Source of the DNA: Candidatus Undinarchaeota archaeon
Lineage (GTDB): Archaea > SpSt-1190 > JASMDC01
NCBI GenBank assembly: GCA_964519305.1
Contig: CAZFHY010000013.1
Coordinates: forward strand, 116,253 to 129,713
Reading direction: 5' to 3'
DNA: 13,461 nucleotides
The notes under the pieces: generated by a model
What the model saw: the letters and a program-made list of their open reading frames with translations, nothing else
Database searches by the model: none
What the model was told of the DNA's origin: nothing
In this document: in pieces, positions 6,781 through 13,461 of the stretch
Layout of the letters: each line of letters starts with the position of its first letter
Position numbering within the stretch: position 1 is the stretch's first letter
Made by a program: the position numbers and the translations under genes

Positions 6781-8496
6781 ATGCACATCCTTGGTATCCA
6801 TGACGGGCATAATGCCTCCGCCTGCCTCATCACCGATGGTGAGACCACCATCGCGCTCCAAGAGGAGCGTTTCACCAACACGAAGAACATCTCAGGCTTC
6901 CCTGCCAAGGCCGTCGCCGCGATACTCGAACGGTCCGGACTGTCGCCCGACGATATCGACCTTGTCGCAATGGCCAGCACCCATACACCGACACCCTTCA
7001 CACGGGACAACATCCTCCAGGGGTACAAGCGCGACGCCAATCTCACGGCCAGGCTGAAGGAGCTTGTGAAGAAGACCCCCGTCTACACCATGTACAAGGC
7101 AAAGCGTCGCAAGGAACGTGAGAAGGCGCTCGTGGACGCAGGATTCGATCTCTCGCGTATCAAATACGTCGACCATCACCTCTGCCACGCCGCCTGCGCG
7201 TACTACGGTGCACCATGGCGTGACGAGCGCGTGCTCGTGCTCACCAATGACGGCTCTGGTGATGGACTGTGCGCCACGGTGTCCATTGCTGAGGGCGGCG
7301 TGATCAAGCGTATCGCAGAGACGGATAAGGGCCACTCGATCGGGAACATCTACTCACGGACCACCTTCATGATGGGGCTAGTTCCACTGGAGCACGAGTT
7401 CAAGATCATGGGAATGGCTCCCTATGCCTCCCCCACTGGCGCCGAGAAAGGTTACGAGGCCTATGCTGACCTAATCGACGTCGATCCGGACAATCCCCTC
7501 ACTATCAAGAGGAAGATCCCTGAGCCTACACATCTCAGCTACCAGCGCCTGCGGGAGCGCACGGAGTTCCTCCGATTCGACTGGATCTCAGCCGGGCTCC
7601 AGCGGATCACCGAGGAGGTCATCAGTCGATGGGTCGAGGCCGCTGTTAAGAAGACCGGTATATCCACTGTGGTGATGGCCGGTGGCGTGTTCATGAACGT
7701 GGCGGCCAATAAGTGCGTGCTCGAACTTCCGTGCGTGAAGAAGCTCTTCGTGTTCCCCTCGTGCGGCGATGATACGACCGCTATCGGCGCCGCCTACCAG
7801 GTCTACGCTGACGTTTGCCGTGACGAAGGCCGTGAGGTCGATATCCCACCCATTGAAGGTTTCTATCTGGGCGATGTTTTCACGGACGCGGACGTAACTG
7901 CCTCGGTGGACGCTGCTCGGGAGCGGTTCACCTTCGACGCGGAACGTGTGAAGGACATCGACAGCGAGACCGGCGCGTTAATGGCCAATGGTGAGGTGGT
8001 GGCACGATGTCAGGGCAGGATGGAGTTCGGGGCCCGCGCTCTTGGTAACCGCTCGATCCTGGGTGATGCTTCGGACGCCAACTGCGTGCGTACCATCAAC
8101 ATGATGATCAAAAAGCGGGACTTCTGGATGCCCTTCGCCCCCGTGATGCTCGACCGACGGGCGTCCGACTATATCGTCAATCCCAAGGAGATGCCGGCGC
8201 CGTATATGATCATGCTCTTCGATACGACCAAGAACCATGAGGACCTCATCGCCGCCGTTCACCAGGCGGACCTCACTGCCCGACCCCAGGTCATACGCAA
8301 GGACTGGAACAGCGGGTATTATCGAGTCCTCGAGAGCTTCGAGAAGGAGACGGGTCGCGGGGTCGCTCTCAATACGTCCTTCAACCTTCACGGGTACCCC
8401 ATCGTGCACGGACCCGAGGAGGCACTGTGGGTGTTCGAGAACTCCGGGCTCACTCACCTTGCCCTTGGGGATATGCTCCTCTCAAAGAAGGCGTAA
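6781..8496 (+). CDS. Carbamoyltransferase, NodU/CmcH/TobZ family
   Basis: ILGIHDGHNASA, EERF, HHLCHA, DGSGD, GGVFMNV, GRMEFGARALGNRS, KKRDFWMPFAP and NTSFNLHGYPIV motifs; 571 aa. Confidence 0.95.
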   Translation: MHILGIHDGHNASACLITDGETTIALQEERFTNTKNISGFPAKAVAAILERSGLSPDDIDLVAMASTHTPTPFTRDNILQGYKRDANLTARLKELVKKTPVYTMYKAKRRKEREKALVDAGFDLSRIKYVDHHLCHAACAYYGAPWRDERVLVLTNDGSGDGLCATVSIAEGGVIKRIAETDKGHSIGNIYSRTTFMMGLVPLEHEFKIMGMAPYASPTGAEKGYEAYADLIDVDPDNPLTIKRKIPEPTHLSYQRLRERTEFLRFDWISAGLQRITEEVISRWVEAAVKKTGISTVVMAGGVFMNVAANKCVLELPCVKKLFVFPSCGDDTTAIGAAYQVYADVCRDEGREVDIPPIEGFYLGDVFTDADVTASVDAARERFTFDAERVKDIDSETGALMANGEVVARCQGRMEFGARALGNRSILGDASDANCVRTINMMIKKRDFWMPFAPVMLDRRASDYIVNPKEMPAPYMIMLFDTTKNHEDLIAAVHQADLTARPQVIRKDWNSGYYRVLESFEKETGRGVALNTSFNLHGYPIVHGPEEALWVFENSGLTHLALGDMLLSKKA

Positions 8497-8521
8497 GGCT
8501 CTACCATTGGGGAGCGTATGC

Positions 8522-10237
8522 TCAGTTACCGCTGCGCTTGGAGCGCCATAGGGGCTGCTGCTCCAGGCCCCATGCCCGGGTGGCGTACTCCTTCACCATG
8601 CGGTGCGTGTTGAAGTAGGATCCAAGACCAATGGCATGCTTCATACGTGATATCCAGCCCGCGCGGTTGTCGTAGTAGAGCGGGAGGATCTCGCGCTCCA
8701 ACCGCTTGTAGATGTTCGCGGCCTCCACATCGTCGTTGTTCTCTTCGCATCCCTTCTCACCAGGTCGGGGCCCGAGAGGCCAGCCTGCCATGGGATCCAT
8801 CTCGTACCCCTCGATCCACCAGCCGTCCAGTACCGATAGGTTGGGTACTCCGTTGAGGGTGGCCTTCATGCCGCTCGTACCCGATGCCTCGAGGTATCGG
8901 AGTGGATTGTTGAGCCAGATATCGACACCGCTTACCATGAGGTGCGAGAGGTCCATGTCGTAGTTCTCCAAGAAGACAACTCTCACGCGGTACTGGTCCC
9001 AGATGTGGTCCGAGACCTCGTTGATCCGTCGGATGAAGTTCTTACCCTCGTGGTCACGGGGATGGGTCTTGCCCGCGAACACGAACTGGACCTTGCCCTT
9101 GCAGAGCTTGCCCAGACGGTGGAAATCCCGGAAAATCAGGGTAGGCCGCTTGTATCCGGTGATTCGGCGGGCGAACCCGATGGTGAGCAGCTTCTTGTCC
9201 AGCAGAACCCAAGAATGGGACTTTGCGTAGTCGTGTAGAGCGGTCTTAGCCCGCTGATGCGCCTTCCACAAGGCCTTGTCGTTGATCTCCTCCGCATGCT
9301 TCAGCAGCTCAGGCCGGTGGCGCCAGCCTGGGAAGCTTCGGTCGTAGAGGTCCTGCATAGGGGGGGATACCCAGAAGCTAGGATGTACACCATTGGTGAT
9401 CGAGTCGATCTGGTGGTCGGGGAACATACGGGCCGCGACCTCGCCGTGCTTGCGCGCTACTGCGTTGGCATAGCGACTTAGGTTGAGAGCGAGCATGGAC
9501 ATGTTTAGGGCGTCCTTGCCACCGAACTGGCGGAACACCTTGTCCTCAGGTGCCAGGTCGCCCATGAAGGGTGAGGCCATCTCGTAGGGGAACACGTCGT
9601 GGCCGGCTCCCACGGGTGTATGGGTGGTGAACATGCAGCTCTGCTTGGTACGGTCGACATCGCCCTTGTTCTCCCTCAATAGCTCGAGGGTGAGAAGGGC
9701 CGCGTGCCCCTCGTTCATGTGGAAGGTCTCGATATCGTTATACCCTAGCGTCCGCAGCATCTTAACGCCGCCGATACCCAGGATCATCTCTTGGACGAAC
9801 CGCTGGTGCGGAGTAGCGTCATAGAGCACGTGAGTGTATGCTCGTTGTTCGGGAGTGTTCTGCTCGACATCCGTGTCGAGCAGGAGGATAGGCACCACGT
9901 GACCGGTCTCCCCGACAACATCGTACTTCCAGGCACCCACATGGATGGTCTGGCCGCGAACGTTGAGGGTGATGACTGCAGGGGACTTCTCCAGCTCGGA
10001 GGCGAACTCCCATCGTATCTCCTTCTCCACTTGGTTGCCGGATGGATCTATCATCTGGTAGAAGTACCCAGCGTTGTAGCACAGGGTCACGCCCACCAAT
10101 GGTATCTCCAGGTCTGCAGCTGACCGCACGGTATCCCCGGCGAGCACACCTAGACCTCCGGAGTAGGTTGGGATGTCCGAGTGGAGCCCAATCTCCATGC
10201 TGAAATAAGCGATGCGCCTCTTCCCGTTCCGCGTCAT
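8522..10237 (-). CDS. glgP: Alpha-glucan (glycogen/maltodextrin) phosphorylase, GT35, short form
   Basis: AYFSMEIG, YSGGLGVLAGD, HMNEGH, FTTHTP, GFARRITGYKR, AGKTHP and the PLP-lysine motif EASGTSGMKA. Confidence 0.96.
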   Translation of the reverse strand: MTRNGKRRIAYFSMEIGLHSDIPTYSGGLGVLAGDTVRSAADLEIPLVGVTLCYNAGYFYQMIDPSGNQVEKEIRWEFASELEKSPAVITLNVRGQTIHVGAWKYDVVGETGHVVPILLLDTDVEQNTPEQRAYTHVLYDATPHQRFVQEMILGIGGVKMLRTLGYNDIETFHMNEGHAALLTLELLRENKGDVDRTKQSCMFTTHTPVGAGHDVFPYEMASPFMGDLAPEDKVFRQFGGKDALNMSMLALNLSRYANAVARKHGEVAARMFPDHQIDSITNGVHPSFWVSPPMQDLYDRSFPGWRHRPELLKHAEEINDKALWKAHQRAKTALHDYAKSHSWVLLDKKLLTIGFARRITGYKRPTLIFRDFHRLGKLCKGKVQFVFAGKTHPRDHEGKNFIRRINEVSDHIWDQYRVRVVFLENYDMDLSHLMVSGVDIWLNNPLRYLEASGTSGMKATLNGVPNLSVLDGWWIEGYEMDPMAGWPLGPRPGEKGCEENNDDVEAANIYKRLEREILPLYYDNRAGWISRMKHAIGLGSYFNTHRMVKEYATRAWGLEQQPLWRSKRSGN

Positions 10238-10316
10238 GCTCTCACTCTCCCTCGCGGCTCTCGCGATGGTGGGACGTACCCACCCTGCGGAGCGGTGATT
10301 ATGGTGTCAAGCGGTC

Positions 10317-10329
10317 ATTTTAAATTTCT
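10317..10329 (-). promoter_or_regulatory. Putative BRE/TATA promoter for the phosphorylase
   Basis: The minus strand reads AGAAA-TTTAAAAT, the most AT-rich patch in the intergenic region, about 80 nt upstream of the ATG. Confidence 0.55.
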
Positions 10330-10350
10330 AGCTGGTCCGGGCCCGCGCGC

Positions 10351-12654
10351 TTATCGCTTCCTCCCTTTCCTTGGCGCGTCCCCCGCTTGTTCGAAGGTCA
10401 GCTGTCCACTCTTCTCTCCAAAGGTGAGCCGGGTCGAAGAGCCCGCGCTCACGCTCGAAGCGACGATGACACCGTCCCGTGCCTCGACCACCAGCTCAGC
10501 GATGCCTTTTAGCATGGCCACGGTCTCATCGCCGCAGATAGTAGAGTCTGCAGCGATTATGAGGGTGGCATCGTACTTGTCGCACATGGCCTTGATATGG
10601 AACACGAACTTGTAGAGCATCGTGGTGGCCTCCTTGATGGCGGAGACCGGTAGCTCGACGATAACGATGATGGAGCTTACGGGGAAGTCCTCCAGTGACC
10701 GCTTCAGTTCGTACGAGAGCTTGTTGAAGGTGACACCGACGGTACGGCAGCCCTTGCTCATTTCCTTGGAGTCCTCGATATTGGGGTCCATGGAGAGCAG
10801 GAGAAGACGATCGTCCTCAAGGAGCGCGTCCACGTCCACCCCCTCAGATAGCAGGTGGCGGGTTATACCGTGACGGGCCTGGGCCACCCAGATGGCGTTG
10901 CGGTATGCACGCAGGTTCGCAGTAAGGATCCCTGAGATGAACTGCTCTTTAGGGAACTCCGGTTCATACGTCAAGAGGAGCGTATACTTGTTCGGGATCT
11001 TACCGATTGTACGGTTCAAGGGGCCGAATCCCCAGGGGTGGGAGTCGGCGAAGAACGCGTTCACCATGATGTCGGACACTCCCGCAGAGCGGTAGAGAGG
11101 CTTGGATGCGACCTCTTTAACGTTCTCCATCAGGATCTCGCCCACCTTTTCACGGGACATCACGTTCTTGAACGGCTCAAGGGCCAGGCGATGGGCCCGG
11201 AGGTAGAGTCGGGAAATGTAGCGGACCATGTCCTTCTCTGAAGCACCCTTATCCTTGCAGAAGATAAGGAAGGCATCCCCGTCGAAGGCGACACGGCCAT
11301 CTTCAGCGCGTACGAACTCGCCTCCCCAGACACCATCGATGGCATTTATCACGACCTTGGTGAATCCGGCCTCCAGCGGGATGGACCCGAGGAACTTGTT
11401 CATGACCTCCGATACAGCTTGAGCAAGGACCAGAGTCTTGGGGAGGATGTAGCCCTCGACACCGGGCGGAGGACGTTCCTCGGTGGTTGCGAAGTGGGTC
11501 AGGATATCCGCCTTCAGACTATCTTCTGTGTACCCTTTGTCTATCTTCGGCGGTTTCAGCTCCTTAAGGAGGTCGATGATAGCGAAGAACAGGTCGGACA
11601 CCCCTCGCTGGACATCATCATCGGATATGTCGACCTCGGTCAGGTCAAAGCTCCGCTTGTCGGGATCGAATGTGACATTCTTCATTGCCTTGTTCTCCCG
11701 CAGGATGCGTCCGACCGCGCTCTCGAGCTCGTTGGTTTTGAGGAACTTACCGGCAAGATAGTCAAGGATGTCTGCTGAGATATGGGCATCCTCGCTCTCT
11801 TTGCGGGGACCCTTGCGCGGGCCGATAACGAAGGCCTTCGTGAAGATCATCAAGGCCCTCAGTTTGTAGATATACCCCACGACAAGGAAGAAGAGACCTG
11901 CGAAGGAGTAGAACAGGGTCTCAGGGAAAATTGTCTGGCGCAAGTGCTCTGGATACACCCAGAACTCGTATACGAGAATGCCCAGGAACAACGTGACGAA
12001 CAACGAGTCGGCGATCATCCACTTGAATCGTCGGAACACCGGGCTCTCACGAACGATGAGGATGCCCGAGAGCGTGAAGTAGAGGTTGGCCACTAAGAAG
12101 GCCGCGATCCCCACGATGGGGAAGATATACACCCGTTCCTCGAGCATGATATGGGGATTGAAAAACATAGGGACCACGGCACCGGCCCCTGCGATGATTA
12201 CTGAGAACACCGCGTACTTCAGGTTCGATGCATCGAGCACCGTTGGCTTCAACTCGAAGACCTTGCACCAGTCCGCAAGGAAGAGCACCAGCACGAACAC
12301 AGTCATGAACAGGAGCGACATCTTTACCTGGGGGAGGATGTTCGGGACATGATCCGATGCTTCAGCCAAGAGGTTAAGGGGGACCACGAACACAGATGCT
12401 TGAAAGAGAATGAGGCCGATAACGAATAGCACCATACCTGCCGTGAGTGTGTCCCATGCCTCGGAGCGAACGCTCGTACGTATCGTGAACCCATATACAA
12501 GGGTTAAGTAGATGACCGCGGCCCATAGTATAGTACCGAGCCCTATTGAGATCTTGCTCTGGATATCTATGAAGCGGGCTTCAGAACCCAGGGCTGGCTG
12601 CGCGACAAGGATAGCAACAAGCGCTGCTAAGAGGAGAATACGTCTGACGCTCAT
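10351..12654 (-). CDS. Membrane protein: signal peptide + ~7 TM + cytoplasmic helical region + degenerate KaiC/RecA-like ATPase domain
   Basis: MSVRRILLLAALVAILVAQPALG looks like a signal peptide and is followed by seven hydrophobic segments. HPWGFGPLNRTIGKIPNKYTLLLTYEPEFPKEQF parallels the TG-x3-LD...GGIP...LL-GxPGxGKT start of KaiC/RAD55 domains. ATG 12654 overlaps the upstream stop (ATGA); alternative start is TTG 12660. Confidence 0.75.
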   Translation of the reverse strand: MSVRRILLLAALVAILVAQPALGSEARFIDIQSKISIGLGTILWAAVIYLTLVYGFTIRTSVRSEAWDTLTAGMVLFVIGLILFQASVFVVPLNLLAEASDHVPNILPQVKMSLLFMTVFVLVLFLADWCKVFELKPTVLDASNLKYAVFSVIIAGAGAVVPMFFNPHIMLEERVYIFPIVGIAAFLVANLYFTLSGILIVRESPVFRRFKWMIADSLFVTLFLGILVYEFWVYPEHLRQTIFPETLFYSFAGLFFLVVGYIYKLRALMIFTKAFVIGPRKGPRKESEDAHISADILDYLAGKFLKTNELESAVGRILRENKAMKNVTFDPDKRSFDLTEVDISDDDVQRGVSDLFFAIIDLLKELKPPKIDKGYTEDSLKADILTHFATTEERPPPGVEGYILPKTLVLAQAVSEVMNKFLGSIPLEAGFTKVVINAIDGVWGGEFVRAEDGRVAFDGDAFLIFCKDKGASEKDMVRYISRLYLRAHRLALEPFKNVMSREKVGEILMENVKEVASKPLYRSAGVSDIMVNAFFADSHPWGFGPLNRTIGKIPNKYTLLLTYEPEFPKEQFISGILTANLRAYRNAIWVAQARHGITRHLLSEGVDVDALLEDDRLLLLSMDPNIEDSKEMSKGCRTVGVTFNKLSYELKRSLEDFPVSSIIVIVELPVSAIKEATTMLYKFVFHIKAMCDKYDATLIIAADSTICGDETVAMLKGIAELVVEARDGVIVASSVSAGSSTRLTFGEKSGQLTFEQAGDAPRKGRKR

Positions 12655-13145
12655 CGCCAATCATCCTCCTCACCCATCTTCGCCCGTGCTTTCTCATATG
12701 CATGCATAAGGGTCGCTACGGCCTTGGGGGCCCTAGTGAACCGGTACAATTCGACGAAAGCCATGAGAATGAAAATGCCCTTGAACACAGCGAAATAGTG
12801 CTTCCCGCTCTTGAGCATATAGAACACCGTGTTCCTAGATGCGTACTCCTCCACCGTCCGTTCCGAGATGGTGCAGACCGCGTCAAGTGTTATGAAAACG
12901 ATAGCGAAGTAGATGAGCAGCGTCATCTTGCCGAATCTCGATTCCTTGAGGTAGGAGTACAGGAGCCAACAAACGTACACTGCAAGGATCTCGGCTGCGG
13001 TCTCGAAGGTCTTGGTCACCAGTTGGATGTAGAAATCGTAATCATCCAGGAACCGCACGGGGCGGAGCCATGAAATCAGTCCGATGATCACGAAGAAGCC
13101 CGCGAGCGAAGCGATGAACAGTATCTTAAGGTGTTTCTCTTCCAT
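12651..13145 (-). CDS. Hypothetical membrane protein (~4 TM)
   Basis: 164-aa ORF with four hydrophobic segments. Its start overlaps the upstream stop (TAATG) and its stop overlaps the downstream start (ATGA). Confidence 0.8.
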   Translation of the reverse strand: MEEKHLKILFIASLAGFFVIIGLISWLRPVRFLDDYDFYIQLVTKTFETAAEILAVYVCWLLYSYLKESRFGKMTLLIYFAIVFITLDAVCTISERTVEEYASRNTVFYMLKSGKHYFAVFKGIFILMAFVELYRFTRAPKAVATLMHAYEKARAKMGEEDDWR

Positions 13146-13461
13146 TAGAGGATCTCCTGTATACGGGACGCTGTGCGGCCCATCTCTAAGAGCACGGGTC
13201 CTAAGGGTGCCTCCGGGTCAGTTAGAACCACAAGCACGGCGGTCGTGCCTACTCCGATAGCTATGAGGCGACCTGTGCTCGTCTCGACTATGAACCGGTT
13301 AACGCGTCCTTTCTTAAGTTCGATAAGAGCGGTCTCGGCCGCACCCATCATCGTTGCAGACATGGCAGCGAATACAGCGGGATCGGTCCCCTTGAATATG
13401 TCCGATGCACCCGGGTTTGACAGTTCGTTCTTGAAAGGCTCGTTTTGATAAACGAAGATGA
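13145..13461 (-). CDS. Roadblock/LC7 (MglB-like) domain protein, 5' end missing or disrupted
   Basis: The frame is open to the window edge. ASDIFKGTDPAVFAAMSATMMGAAETALIELKKG...IVET...AVLVVLT...LGPVLLEM is the typical archaeal roadblock signature. Similarity extends upstream of the ORF-track Met at 13363 to about 13408. Confidence 0.85.
   Translation of the reverse strand, partial: IFVYQNEPFKNELSNPGASDIFKGTDPAVFAAMSATMMGAAETALIELKKGRVNRFIVETSTGRLIAIGVGTTAVLVVLTDPEAPLGPVLLEMGRTASRIQEIL

Noticed and set aside
1789-13448. Numerous short antisense or overlapping ORFs in the ORF track
   Set aside because: They largely overlap well-supported genes and have no recognisable motifs, as expected in GC-rich DNA.

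Overview
GC-rich, very probably archaeal DNA, judged from BRE/TATA promoters, GGTGA/GGAGG ribosome-binding sites, an AglH-type transferase, a PCNA PIP-box and a KaiC-like domain. It has four parts. (1) 1-1713: the right end of a tandem array of at least 3 paralogous genes. The two complete copies share a near-identical 110-aa C-terminal domain (about 95% nt identity) but have highly diverged N-termini, one carrying a J-domain. Each complete gene has its own promoter containing the same palindrome, ACTACTATATAGTAGT. (2) 1721-8496: a small Cys-rich protein ending in a PIP-box, then a glycosylation cluster (glucose-1-phosphate thymidylyltransferase, GT-C-like membrane protein, MraY/AglH-family transferase, DUF354 protein, carbamoyltransferase). 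(3) 8522-10237: alpha-glucan phosphorylase. (4) 10351-13461: a translationally coupled minus-strand operon of roadblock/LC7 protein, 4-TM protein, and a 7-TM protein fused to an apparently inactive KaiC/RecA-like domain. The paralog array is the best candidate for an undescribed system. All calls come from motif recognition by eye; no searches were run.
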